Source of the DNA: Mobula hypostoma | Lineage: Eukaryota | NCBI RefSeq assembly: GCF_963921235.1 | Contig: NC_086097.1 | Coordinates: 10,974,001-11,038,000 of the forward strand | Length of the DNA stretch: 64,000 nucleotides | Direction: 5' to 3' | In this document: in pieces, positions 1-13,853 of the stretch | Layout of the letters: the number at the start of each line of letters is the position of its first letter | Numbering within the stretch: the first letter of the stretch is position 1 | The notes under the pieces: model-generated | Told to the model about the DNA's origin: nothing | Databases searched by the model: none | The model's input: only the letters and a program-made list of their open reading frames with translations | Made by a program: the position numbers and the translations under genes

Positions 1-129
1 ATCCCATGACTTCATGTAACCCTGATCAGGGGCTAAGCAGGTGCTACACCTTGCCCGTGGGTGACCTGCAAGCTAGCAGATGAAAGGAGCACCTTACATC
101 TCCTTTGGTAGACTTATTTCCATCCTGCC
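1..129 (-). mobile_element. RTE-related non-autonomous element, 5' part (family A), cut by the window edge
   Basis: Aligns by eye with 33970-34105 and with the reverse complement of 3996-4130. Confidence 0.7.
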
Positions 130-359
130 CTCCAAGGTACACACTACCCTCTGTAAAGAAGTTACCTCAGTTCTCTTAAATCTCACCCCTCTTGTATCTG
201 TGCCATCTAGTTTGAGACGCCCCAACCCTGGGGAAAAGACTATGATTGCCAATTTTTCATTGTATTTGGGAAGCTGTAATGTGATATTTTGGGCTTCTCT
301 GATTATTTCTTTGATCACTCTTGGAGACTTTATTTTGTAACAAACTGTTCAATTTCCAG

Positions 360-422
360 GGTAATCCAGTTGGGCAGAGTGGCCTGGGAATGGCTTACTT
401 GTATGGAAAGGGTGTCCCAGTG
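360..422 (+). CDS. SEL1L: SEL1L coding exon (internal), [21 protein letters not shown]
   Basis: ttccag acceptor and gtatgt donor; 63 nt, phase 0/0; matches the Sel1-repeat segment [21 protein letters not shown] recalled from human SEL1L. Confidence 0.95.
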
Positions 423-2174
423 GTATGTATGAGTGTTTTTAATGGTCAGATTTTATCTGATTGGAATAAATAATTGTCTGGGTCAAAATGATATTGGCTT
501 TTCATATGCAGGAAAGTTTTGAAGTGAAATTTATTATAGCTTTAAATCTGTTTTTGTCAACACTGATGGTTGCTTTTGCTATTTGTACTCTCCCACCTCC
601 ATCTCTACTGTTTCTTCCACTTTTGAACTAGAGGTATAATGAGGAACAATTTGTATTCTTTAATGAATTGCAGACCTACCAAAGCCAATTTTACAAAGGT
701 GACATTGCATTTGACTATCTGATTAACACATTTGCAGTTTAAATACAACCTTCCTTCCTTGAGCTGTGACTAACTTTCTGAATTAGAATGATTTGATCTG
801 TTGTAAAAATCCTGCCGAAATTGTGCAAATTAAGCAGGAAACTCCTCATTGTGAAGATGAAACAGCAGAGATCCTATAACATAGCTCTTCAAGATAAAGT
901 GAGCAGGCAGGATTGCGGAAATTTAAAAATCTTTGTGTTATGGTTTATATCAAAAGTTGCCACCACAATGTCCAATTGAGAACTTAAGGTTTGCTTATTT
1001 CCTGTCCATGTCCCTGATTGAACATTTAATAGAACTCTGTGACCTAGAAATGAGCCATTGGTGCCCATCCTGCAGACTTCAGATTTGCATGAGGTCCAAG
1101 TTTTCTGCTGCAATTGGGATGAGTGTTGCATTTTCGTCATCACAATATGCTGCTTTATAGTCTAGTCCAAAGCCAGGTTTCAGAGGAAAGGGGGAATGTA
1201 ATGAAGATAATGGCTATGTACAGTGCCGTAGATCAGGATGGCCAAAGAGGTATTAGAGCCCTATCATGTGCTATTGTCACAAGTTGAGCTTCGTCCTTTA
1301 CAGCACTTCCCTTCCCTTCCATGTTACCGTCTTTACCTGCTCCAGCCTTTTCACTTGTGGCATTGCACCTAATTCTGACTTAAATTTGTGACCTTGAAAA
1401 TACTTCATGCTGCCAGATTTTGACTTCTCTCCTGAAATGTTGATTCATAGTTTTGCAATTTCTGGTAAATACTTGCTGTACTGGCCAATGTTGATTTCCA
1501 ACATCCATACAATGCACTTATTCAAAGCAAATCATATCTTTAATCCAGGGCAAGCAGATTTCACTTCTAGAATCAGTTATACTGGATGGAAACGGGCCCC
1601 TTCCCTCAACTTGTCCATACTGACCAAGATGTCTATTCAAGCTAATCGATTTGACTCCATTTAACTAACCCTTTTCCATCTGTGCACATGATTTAAATGT
1701 CTTTTAATTATTATGATTGGACCCACCACTACAACTTCCTCTGGCAATCCATCTCATGTGCTGATCATGCTCTGGAGAAAATTTCGTTTTCTACTTGAGT
1801 CCCTTTAAATCTTTACCATATCCTGAAATGGGTGTCCTCTTGGTTTAGACTGGGGAGGAAAAGACTTTATTCATTCCTCTCATGATTTTATGTATTCGTA
1901 AGGCCACCCTTCAAAATTGAACATTTTAGGGAAATAATACCAGCATTTTCAGTCTCTTCTTATAACTTCAGTCCTCCAGTCCCAGTAACAGTGCTTGAAA
2001 TATTCATATTTGAATTCATATCTTTCTGTGATTACCTCTACTTTGCACCCCATGCCTCCCCTACTTTGCCTTCCAAGTATTCTGTAATCTTGTTTCTCTA
2101 ACAGGCTATCATTCCCCCCTCCATTATTCAATGGTTATTGATTCACATCTAGTGTATGCTGTTGTAGTATATAG

Positions 2175-2690
2175 ACATAGAACTGTACAGCACAAAAACA
2201 GACCTTTCAGCCCATAACGTTGTGCCAGTCCATTAACTTACTAATCAAATGGGCAACCTATCTAATCCCCTCTGCCTATGCAATGACCATATCCTTCCAT
2301 TTTCCTCACATTCATGGAGCTACTTCAAACATTCCAGGCACCCACCACTTAATAAACAATAACAAAAACTTATCCCCCATAAAACTTTGACATGCCCCCC
2401 CCACCCCCACCCCCACCGTAAATGCATGCCATGTGGTATTAGACGTTTCAACTCTGGGAAAGGTGCTGTGTGTCTACTCAATCTGTGCCTCTCATCTTCT
2501 AGACCTCCATCAGATCTTGCCTGTGCTGCTCCAGAGAAAACAACCAGTTTGTCCAACCGCTCATTGGCACGTGCCCTCCAATCCAGGCACAAACCCTTCT
2601 GCACCTCCAAAGCCTGTGCTTCCTTTCTATAATGAGGCAACCAGAGCTGTATGCAGTACTCCAGATAGCCTTAATTGTACCCATCTGCAA
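2175..2690 (-). mobile_element. Decayed CR1 LINE 3' fragment
   Basis: acatagaactgtacagcac tail motif and decayed CR1 ORF2 C-terminal sequence on the minus strand; boundaries approximate. Confidence 0.55.
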
Positions 2691-2871
2691 TATCCAGTAC
2701 CTTGCCAAAAATAAACACTGTACAAAATCAGATTGGTATCAGCATTGTTAAAGCTGAAAACTATTTTGTGTGGTAGCAGGACAAAATTGCTACCTGATTT
2801 TACAGTACCTTTAAAATTATGTTTTGATTTGAATTGAATCCCAAGTTGTTTTGTTTTTCCCTTCTTAATAG

Positions 2872-2988
<117 letters not shown>

Positions 2989-3545
2989 TAGACCTGTCTT
3001 AAAAATATGCAGATCTAGTTGATAATCAGCTGCTTGTCAAGTACTTTTAAATATGACAAACATCAATCAATAGATCAAAATATTATTTCAAAACTTGATG
3101 TCAATCTTTTCATTACAAGTTTGTTTTCTTGATTTTGATTAAATCAAATTTCTGGTTCAGAGCATGTTTTAGATTAATATTTGCAATTATGAGTTTGAGC
3201 AGTTGCCTTGCTCAGTGTTTCTTAATGTCTGGAATTGCATTGTTCAATACTGAGAAAGTGTATTTTGATTACAAAATCAGTATTAACATTCTTGGGGCAG
3301 TTTCTGACAAAACAGCTAGTTCTACCTCCTAGTAAACTGTTCTACTCAACAAACTTAGTGTGCTGTATAAAATTTATCAGCTGGTAGAGCAGTGGGGATG
3401 ATAAGTTAGGGAAGTTTGGTTTCAACTCAAAGCTGTTGAACAAAACTACAAGTTGATTCAATGATATTCTTCTACCATTAATGCATATTTGTCTCCAAAT
3501 TTATTTAAGGCTTACTCTTGGTGAATTTTCTGTCACCTCAAATAA

Positions 3546-3767
<222 letters not shown>

Positions 3768-3995
3768 TGAAAAGTTCCTCCTGAAATATTAACTGTTTCC
3801 AGATGCTGCTTGACCTGCTCAGTATTTCTAGTCTTTTGTTTTCTAGTTTCCAGCATCTAGTTTTTTGGTTTTCTAAGCGTTGATCCTTAATGCCTTCGCA
3901 TGTAAGTGTATACTGTTAAAGGGATGCTTATAAATGTGTTCCACCGCATGATTAGGTTTCTGGTACTGAGTCAATTAATGCTGGCTATTGTCAGT

Positions 3996-4360
3996 GGGTG
4001 GCTGGATGGAGATATGTCTCAACCAAAGGAGGTATAAGGCACTGCTTCCCTCTAGCCTGCAGGTCACCCCTTAGGAAGTTGTAGCATCTGTTTAGCCCTC
4101 CAATCCAAGTCATGTGAAACCAGGGGAGCAGATGGTGGATGGTCATATGAGCAGCTGGTGCATATCACAAGTCCTGGTTATGTGACCACTGATGCCAGTC
4201 AGTCAATCTCTGAAGAGTATTGATAATGGCTGGGGTCACCCGTCTTGTAATTTCTGCCCAAAGGAAGGCAATGGCAAACCTCTTCTGTAGAGAAATTTAC
4301 CTAGAACAATCATGTTCATGGAAAGAACGTGATTGCTCACTTCATCAGGCACATAATGAA
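3996..4360 (+). mobile_element. RTE-related non-autonomous element (family A), ~365 bp
   Basis: Four copies in the window; contains GAAGGCAATGGCAAACC, similar to the BovB/Bov-A RTE motif; no tRNA A/B boxes seen. Confidence 0.65.
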
Positions 4361-4570
4361 GGACCGATGGCCAGTGAATCACTCAGGAAAATCTGAATGC
4401 TGGTCATGGATCAAACTGACTAGTCAGTCCAGAATAGGCTGGAAGAACGATCCTGGCACTTCTGAAAATTTTTGTAAATACAAAATAATCTGCAGATGCT
4501 GCGGTCAAAGCAACACTCACAACACGCTGGAGGAACTCAGCAGGTCGGGCAGCATCCGTGGAAAAGATCG

Positions 4571-4604
4571 GTCAACGTTTCAGGCCGGAACCCTTCGTCA
4601 GGAC
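4571..4604 (-). ncRNA. Minimal type I hammerhead ribozyme motif (core intact)
   Basis: Reverse complement reads GTC-CTGACGA-AGGGTTCCGGCCT-GAAA-CG-TT-GAC. Confidence 0.8.
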
Positions 4605-5159
4605 TGCAGAGGGAAGGGGCAGAGGCCCTATAAAGAAGGTGGGGGGAGGGTGGGAAGGAGAAGGCTGGTAGGTTCCAGGTGAAAAACCAGTAAGGGGAAA
4701 GATAAAGGGGTGGGGAAGGGGAAGCAGGGCAGTGATAGGCAGGAAAGGTGAAGAAAGAATAGGGGAAAACACAATGGGTAGTAGAAGGAGGCGGAACCAT
4801 GAGGGAGGAGATAGGCAGCTGGAGGAGGGGGCAGAGTGAAATAGGGATAGAGGAAGGGAGGGGGAGGGAATTACCGGAAGTTGGAGAATTCTATGTTCAT
4901 ACCAAGGGGCTGGAGACTACCTAGACAGTATATGAGGTGTTGCTCCAACCTGAGTTTAGCCTCTTCATGGCAGTAGAGGAGGCCATGTACGGACATATCC
5001 GAATGGGAAGCAGAGTTGTGTTTTCCCCTATTCCTCCTTCACCTTTCCTGCCTATCACCTCCCTGCCTCCCCCCCCCCACCCCTTTATCTTTCCCCTTAC
5101 TGGTTTTTTCCCACCCTCCCCCCACCTTCTTTATAGGGCCTCTGCCCCTTCCGTCTACA

Positions 5160-5193
5160 GTCCTGACGAAGGGTTCCGACCCGAAACGTTGAC
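5160..5193 (+). ncRNA. Minimal type I hammerhead ribozyme motif (core intact), sense to SEL1L pre-mRNA
   Basis: GTC-CTGACGA-A-GGGT(TCCG)ACCC-GAAA-CG-TT-GAC. Confidence 0.8.
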
Positions 5194-5961
5194 CGATCCT
5201 TTCCACAGATGCTGCCCGACCTGCTGAGTTCCTCCAGCGTGTTGTGAAAATTTTTGTGATGTTTCTAAATCAGTAGTTCTTAGACTCCTAATCTCAAATC
5301 ATTTTAAAAACAATTCTGCACATATAATTTCATAGAATTTAACTTTGGCTCCTAACAAAGCCTGTTGAGTGTTTTGGGATGAAACCTCAGCAGTATAACT
5401 AATTAGGCCTCACTGCACTTCCTGAATTCAGTGGGTGTAGTTAATTGGTCTTCAATCCAGCCAATGTAAGTGGCATTGGGCTGCATCTAGCACAGGTTGT
5501 CCTTTATTGCAGTTCAGTAGTTTTAGTCAGGTTTGGTCTCACTGGCATATGTCATCATGAAATATGTTGTTTTGCCATAGCAGTATATTGTAATGTATAA
5601 TATATAAAACTATAAATTGCAATCAGAAATGTATATGAAAATTAGTGCAAGAAGAGGAAAAAAGAAGGGGGCTGTGTACATGGGTTCGTTGTCATTCAGA
5701 AATCTGATGGTAGGGGAAAAAGATATTACTGAAATGTTGAGTGTGTTTTATGGGCCTCTACTTCAGTTGGTACAATATTTGCATTGTAAACATCCATTCT
5801 CTGCACAAGTGAAATCACGGTTCAGAAATGACTATTTTTAGATTGCAGTTTTTTTTTCTCTCTCCGTATTACAACTCTTTTGTCTGTGGGTTTTTACTCA
5901 TTTGAGTACTTGGGATAACAATCTACTTTATACTTTGTACTATGTACTTTGCATTTTCTGA

Positions 5962-6279
<318 letters not shown>

Positions 6280-7644
6280 TAAACAATTATTTGCTGTTAC
6301 ATCAATAGTCTAGTTTGTTAAGTTAGTGGTAAAGCATAGAAAGAGGCTCTTTAGCCTACTGCATCCATACTGACTGTCATGTCTTTATTGTCAGTTGGTT
6401 CTGAAGAAAGGTCTCGACCCAAACTATCTGTTCACTTCCATACATGCTGCCTGACCTGAGTTCCTTCAGCATTTTGTGTATTGCTTTGGATTTCTAGCAT
6501 CTGCAGACCCTCGTATTTGTGCCTTTACTGATCCTACTTGTCTGAATTAATTTCAAATGTCAATTTATCGATCACTCAAGACTGTGCTGAAATGGTTCTT
6601 AAATATTTCTCCTGCTTCAGTCTTTTAGGGATCATTCCACATGCTAACTAATCTGGAAAAATGTACTCCCAGAATCTCCTTTAACCTCCCCAATCCCTTT
6701 AAATCTTTGCTCTCTAATGTAGACACCTCTGCTATAGAACTAGGTGCTGGCTACTATCTTTACTTATCCATTTTGTTCACTGTTCCCTCTAAACTGCATG
6801 GCTGCACAGTAACTGAAATGGTCCTGCATAGCCACGCAGCTAGTAATGGACACAGCTAGAAAGTTAACGAAATGTGAAAGATTCTCATGTTCTGTATTGT
6901 GTTATACTATACCCTTCAATTAACAAAGTATGTGAATTTTCAATTTTCATTCTAAATATTTGCAAAAATAAAAAGCATTTAGTGCTATGCAGTTTTCAGG
7001 CTGTGTATATAATAATGAAAGAAGTCCTGCTTAGAGCAATGGTTGGCCCAGGCAGCTGTAAAAATAAATAAAAGGGATTGTTGATTTTATACCTCTACCA
7101 TGTCACCTCTTTGCTCCAAGATAAACAACCCTATCGCATCCGATTTCTCCTCTTAAAGACCTCCAGTACAGGCAACATCTTTTTCTGAATTCTTTTCCTT
7201 GATCACTGAAAACCATAGCAAATGAATGTAACTCATTTGTGCAACATTGTAAAATGTGATGGTTTCAGAGGATGCAGAAAAGGTTCATTGGAATATTGCC
7301 TGGATTCAAGTATTAACTATTGGAGAGGTTGGATAAATTTAGGATTGTGTTCTGTAGGTGTTGGAAGTTGAGGGATATCTTGAAGTAGATAAAATTGAGA
7401 GAGACTGAATTGATGGAAAGTCAGGGTGGAATTGTAAAATGATCGAAGGCATACCAGAAGACAAAGCAAGAGGGGTAAAGTTTTTAAAGGAGATTTGCAT
7501 GGCAATTTTTGGGGATAAAGGTATCTTAAATGTCAGAGGAAATGGTAGAAGTAGAAACATTTTAAAAGGTGTTTGAACAGATAAATGAACAGGCAGAGAA
7601 TGGAGAGATATAGACCACTTTCTATTAGATGTGCATTTTAATTT

Positions 7645-7912
7645 ATTTAGAGATACAGTGCAGAAGAGACCTTTCTGGCCCAATGAGCTGTGCTACTCAG
7701 CAGCCCCACCTATTTAACCCTAGCTTAATCACGGGATAATTTACAATGGCACGTTAACTTAAATCGATACGTCTTTGCACCGTGGGAGGAAACTGGCGCA
7801 CCTGGAGGAAACCCACAGTCATGGGAATGACACTAAACCTCCTGGAGGACACTGGAACTGAGACCCTGAGCTGTAATAGCATTGCGCTAACTGCTATGCT
7901 GCCACAGTGCCC
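7645..7912 (-). mobile_element. V-SINE (HE1-like) copy
   Basis: tRNA-like head and V-domain GGGTTTCCTCCAGGTGCGCCAGTTTCCTCCCAC on the minus strand; CR1-like tail. Confidence 0.7.
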
Positions 7913-7959
7913 CAGTTTTTTAGATTTTTTAATTAATTGGGTATTGTGGTCAGCACATA

Positions 7960-8467
7960 CAGTACTCTGCCAAAGTCTTAAGCACCCTAGAGTTTTTTGT
8001 GGTTTTAGATGGTATGACGTTGTCTGGGATTACCTGGAGAGGCAGAAACAGAGAGACAGCCAAAGTTTGCCAAACAACTGTGACAAGTTCTCCAAGATGC
8101 TCGGAGCAACTTACAAGCCAATTCTTAAAACTGCCTGTCAGTGTACCTGAGAGAATTGATGCGTTTTAAAGCAAAGAGTGGTCAAACCAAGTATTGATTT
8201 GATTTAGCTTTTTTACTGTTGGCTTTTTTGCTCTTTACAGTAAATGTTTTGATATTTAGAAACTTTTCATTTACAAACATGAGAAAATCTGCAGAATAAA
8301 GCACAAAATGCTGGAGGAACTCAGCAGGTCAGGCAGCATCTAGGGAAAAGAGTAAACAGTCAATATTTTGAGCCAATGCTCTCAGGACCTTCATAATTTT
8401 TGAAAGCATCTTCACTTTTCAGTTTTTGCATGTGCACATAGGCTGAAGAACTTTTTCCTCTGTACTG
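7960..8467 (+). mobile_element. Internally deleted Tc1-like DNA transposon, with a decayed Penelope repeat inside (~8275-8390)
   Basis: TA-CAGTAC...GTACTG-TA termini; transposase C-terminal remnants VWDYLERQ and KAKSGQTKY*. Confidence 0.7.
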
Positions 8468-8833
8468 TATCTTCTAATTGGATTTAATTGAAGGGGCTTG
8501 TTGCTGTACCATGAAATGCCTGGTGGTGGCACTGCTAACTCCAAGTTGTTGATAGAAACAGCAAAATATTCTCATGGTTTATACTTGTTCAAATCTTATT
8601 TTTTTTAAAAGTCAAGTTTGGAATTCTGAAATATTGCACAGCAGACTCTTTATTTATAACTGAAGATACAGAATTATGACTGACTACCATTCTATCAAAT
8701 AATTTTTATTCAGGTTGAGTTAATGTGAACTTGGGAATGTGTATAAGCCAGTGGGTATGCTGAGTTTTTAAGGAGTCAGCTAATCGAGTTCAGTAATGTA
8801 CTCTTTATTCAAGACTTCAAAGTTCAATAATAG

Positions 8834-8962
<129 letters not shown>

Positions 8963-9753
8963 TGAGTTCTGGTCAGTCTTACTGCAGTTTGATTTTTGAA
9001 ACCCTAGTGAGTGGAAGGACTTTATTCTCTATTTGAACCATTCCTTTTTTGAGGCACAAAGCCTTCTGAAACCTGAGTTTATGTGCACTTCAAAATGCAA
9101 ATGCAATGTCCAGTACACTTTAAATTATAAAGTAGCACTCTAGGAAAGTCTAAATTATACTGTAAAATTCAAATTGTGATTGCACATTGAAGCAGATTTT
9201 TTTTACAAAGCACCTTCCAGACTAAATACTGCACAATTCATTAATTCCACTTAAACTGTCCTAGGAAGCAGTTTGATTTTGGCTGTTTTAATTTGGTTTA
9301 GATGCCTGGGGTATGCTGTTTCAGATGAAAACTTTTCTTGTCATATTAAATGTTCAATTTCAAAGTATGCTTGTGAACTTTCTAAATGACACTCAACTAT
9401 AACCAAGAAAATTTTAACCAATGCTTTTAAGAATTGTAATCTTTATAAACGAGCTGATACGCTAATTCTAATTTGGATACTATATTACTTCCTTAAAATT
9501 AAAAGCAGCAAATCTTGGTCTGATCTAAAGTGCAGTCAGAATAAGGGTGAGAGCCACGTTTCATTCGGATAGTTGAATAGAAAATTGCTACAGAAAGCTC
9601 TGCATTTCTAATTGGAGAATAATTCAGTTTACCAGAATCTGCTCAAATAACATCCATTGCACTTAAGCTGACAAGCATCAAAGAAGAGTTGTTGGGGAAG
9701 GGGCATACATCTTTGTATGATTATGATGAACATCAAGTTCTGTAAGTACTTAA

Positions 9754-9954
<201 letters not shown>

Positions 9955-10032
9955 TAAAATTATCATTTGTATTTACCGACATGGTTTCAGTTGAAGGATG
10001 GTGTCACTTTTCGGATTTGTTTGACATGGATT

Positions 10033-11615
10033 TATGAACATTTGGAGGGATATGATTAGAGATAGTCAGCATGGCTTTGTCAAGGGCAGGTTGTGCCTTA
10101 CGAGCCTGATTGAATTTTTTGAGGATGTAACTAAACACATTGATGAAGGAAGAGCAGTGGATGTAGTGCATATAGATTTCAGCAAGGCATTTGATAAGGT
10201 ACCCCATGCAAAGCTTATTGAGAAAATAAGGAGGCATGGGATCCAAGGGGACATTACTTTGTGGATCCAGAACTGTCTTGCCCACAGAAGGCAAAGAGTG
10301 GTTGTAGACGGGTCATATCCTGCATGAAGGTCAGTGACCAGTTGGTGTGCCTCAGGGATCTGTTCTGGGACCCTTACTCTTCGTGATTTTTATAAATGAC
10401 CTGGATGAGGAAGTGGAGGGACGGGTTAGTGAGTTTAGTGATGACACAAAGGTTGAGGGTGTTCTGGATAGTGTAGAGGGCTGTCAGAGGTTGCAGCGGG
10501 AAATTAGAACCATAGAAAACCTACAGCTCAATACAGGCCCTTTGGCCCTCAAAGTTGTGCTGAACATGTCCCTACCTTAGAAATTACTAGGCTTACCCAT
10601 AGCCCTCTATTACTAAGCTCCGTGTACCTATCCAAAAGTCTCTGTAAAGACCCTATCGTATCCACCTCCACCACCGTTGCTGGCAGCCCATTCCATGTAC
10701 TCACCACTCACTGCGTAAATAAAAAAAAACTTACCCCAGACATCTCCTCCGTACCCAGCACCTTAAACCTGTGTCCTCTTGTGGCAACCATTTCAGCCCC
10801 GGGAAAAAGCCTCTGACTATCCACACGATCAATGCCTCTCACCATCTTATACACCTCTATCATGTATGGCAGAATATAATATTTATAGTAAGACTGTCGG
10901 CAGTGTGGAGGATCAGAGGGATCTTGGGATCCGAGTCCATAGCACGCTCAAAGCAGCTGCGCAGGTTGACTCTGTGGTTAAGAAGGCATACGGTGTATTG
11001 GCCTTCATCAATCGTGGAATTGAACTTAGGAGCTGAGAGGTAATGTTGCAGCTATATAGGACCCTGGTCAGACCCCACTTGGAGTACTGTGCTCAGTTCT
11101 GGTCGCCTCACTACAGAAAGGATGTGGAAACCATAGAAAGGGTGCAGAGGAGGTTTACAAGGATGTTACCTGGATTGGGCATCATGCTTTATGAAAACAG
11201 GTTGAGTGAACTCGGCCTTTTCTCCTTGGAGCAACGCAAGATGAGAGGTGACCTGATAGGGGTGTATAAGATGATGAGAGGCATTGATCGTGTGGATAGT
11301 CGGAGGAGTCTTCCAGGGCTGAAATGGCTGCCACAAGACGGCACAGGTTTAAGGTGCTTGGGAGTAGGTACAGAGGAGATGTCAGGGGTAAGTGTTTTTT
11401 TTTACTCAGAGTGGTGAGTGCGTGGAATGTGCAGCTGGCAACGGTGGTGGAGGCAGATACGATAGGGTCTTTTAAGAGACTCCTGGATAGGTACCTGGAG
11501 CTTAGAAAAATAGAGGGCTATGGGTAACCCTAGTAATTTCTAAGGTAGGGACATGTTCGGTGCAACTTTGTGGGCTGAAGGGCCTGTATTGTGCTGTAGG
11601 TTTTCTATGTTTTCT
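10033..11615 (+). mobile_element. 5'-truncated CR1 LINE (RT and C-terminus, disrupted)
   Basis: SQHGFVKGRLCLTSL, DFSKAFDKVPH, PQGSVLGP and RPHLEYCAQFWSP motifs; (TTTCTATG)-type tail; possible TSD ATGGATT at 10026-10032 and 11616-11622. Confidence 0.92.
10505..10862 (-). mobile_element. CR1 3' fragment nested in the opposite orientation within a CR1 of the same subfamily
   Basis: Reverse complement of ~11262-11617, with several substitutions and indels. Confidence 0.85.
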
Positions 11616-11904
11616 ATGGATTCCCAGCACGGTTTCCAGTGGCTTTGAATTGCATCTATATGGAATGCTGTTTTTTATAATCTGGCAGTGTTTCATTCCC
11701 TGTTACAAATCCGATGAGCAGTCATCTTGCATTTTTACTTCATTCCTTGAGTACAATCTCAAATATATTGCCCATATTTAGAGGGGTGCCCTTTTAGAAT
11801 GGAGATATTTCTTTAGCTGGAGAGTGGTGAATCTGTGGAATTCATTGCCACAGGTGGCTGTGTAGGCCAAGTCATTAGGAATATTTAAGGCAGAGGTTGA
11901 TACA

Positions 11905-13082
11905 TCTGCAGCATACTACCACCTACAGTGGACCTCCTACAATTCGTCTACTGACACAACCGATCGACAGATGACGCAATAGCCACAGCTCTACACACCA
12001 TCCTTGTACATCTGGAGAAGGATGCTTGTATGAGAATGCTGTTCTTGGACTACAGTTCAGCATTCAACACCATAATCCCCTCCAGGCTTGACAAGAAGTT
12101 CAGAGACCTCAGCCTTGTGCAGCTGGATCCTGGACTTCCTGTCAGATCACCAGCAGGTGGTAAGAGTGGGCTCCCTCACCTCTGCCCCTCTGACCCTCAA
12201 CACAGGAGCCCCTCAGGGCTGTGTCCTAAGCCCCCTCCTTTGCTCTCTGCATACCCATGACTTGTCTCCACCCACAGCTCCAACCTGCTAATTAAATTTG
12301 CTGATGATACTACATTAATTGGCCTTGTCTCAAATAATAACGAGGCAGCCTACAGAGAAGTCTTCATCACCCTGACACTGGTGTCAAGAAAACAACCTCT
12401 CACTCAATGTCACAAAAACAGGAGCTGGTTGTAGACTACAAGAGGAATGGAGAAAGGCTAACATTGACATCAATTGATCTGGGGTTGAAAGGGTAAATAG
12501 CTTCAAGTTCCTCAGCATATACATCACCAAGGATCTCGTGTGATCTGTACATACAGGCTGTGTGGTGAATAAAGGACAACAGCGCCTCTTTCACCTCAGA
12601 TGGTTAAGAAGCTTAGCAGGACTTTCTACAGGGGCACAACTGAGAGCATCCTGACTGGCTGTATCATTGCCTGGTATGGGAACTGTATTTCCCTCAATCT
12701 CGGACTCTGCAGTGTGTTGTGGACAGCCCAGCGCATCTGTGAATGTGAACCTGTAACTATTCAGCGCATATACAGAGGTGCGTAAAAGGGGTCCGATGGA
12801 TCATTGGAGACCAGAGTCACCACAACCACAAACTCTTCCAGCTGCTACTATCCAGGAAACGGTACTGCAGCATTAAAGCCAGAACCAACAGGCTTTGGGA
12901 CAGCTTCTTCCAACAGGCCATCAGATTCATTAATTCAAGTTGATACAATTAATTTCTTTGTTCTATTGACTGTGCTGTTGTGCATACTATTTATTACAAA
13001 TTACTAATTGCACATTTAGACAGTCATAACGTAAAGATTTTTACACCATGTATATGAAGGACATAAGAAATGGTCGATTCAA
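11905..13082 (+). mobile_element. Decayed Rex1/Babar-type LINE splitting an older CR1 3' fragment
   Basis: [34 protein letters not shown] and FYRGTTESILTGCI..WYG motifs; CR1 3' pieces on both sides (~11780-11904 and ~13085-13185). Confidence 0.85.
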
Positions 13083-13631
13083 TTGATTATTAATGGCATG
13101 AAGGGATACAGGGAGAAGGCAGAAAAATGGATCAGCCATGATGAAATGGCCAAATGGACTAATTCTGCTTCTCCATCTTATGTTTTTTTTTCCAATCCAT
13201 TAGTTAAGTTGGGAAGGAAAATTTAATCATGTAGTAGTCTCCAGCAGTTTAATGTGGTTTTCATGACTAGTCCTTTAAATGGAACATTTATTATGTATTA
13301 CATGTGGAGTGCCGCTTTAATCTCAAAGGTTGCGTTTGGAAGTGGTGTAGGAAATCAATTTGGTAGTTTGCTATCTTGGAGGCTAAGGGAATGTTCACTT
13401 TAGTGAGTGAGTTGGCTACTAGTCTTGTCATCTCGGTATATGCAGTGTCAAACCATGGTTATTTAAATTCCGTATATTTTTGGAATCCTGTTTGGGTAAT
13501 TCTCTGTACAGTAACATTTCCAGGACCTGGTCATGTTTCTGTATGCAGCACTGTCAGTTGTATTGAGGAATCATTCTAAAGAATATTGCGTATTTGGTTC
13601 ATATCCTCTAATGGTAAAATAAGGAAATTAA

Positions 13632-13853
<222 letters not shown>

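Larger units (their letters stand above)
4476..5244 (-). mobile_element. 5'-truncated Penelope-like element with an inverted terminal repeat
   Basis: Minus strand ~4870-5010 encodes SHSDMSVHGLLYCHEEAKLRLEQHLIYCLGSLQPLGMNIEFSNFR* (GIY-YIG C-terminus); arms ~4515-4775 and ~5016-5246 are inverted; flanked by TGAAAATTTTTGT at 4463-4475 and 5245-5257. Confidence 0.9.
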
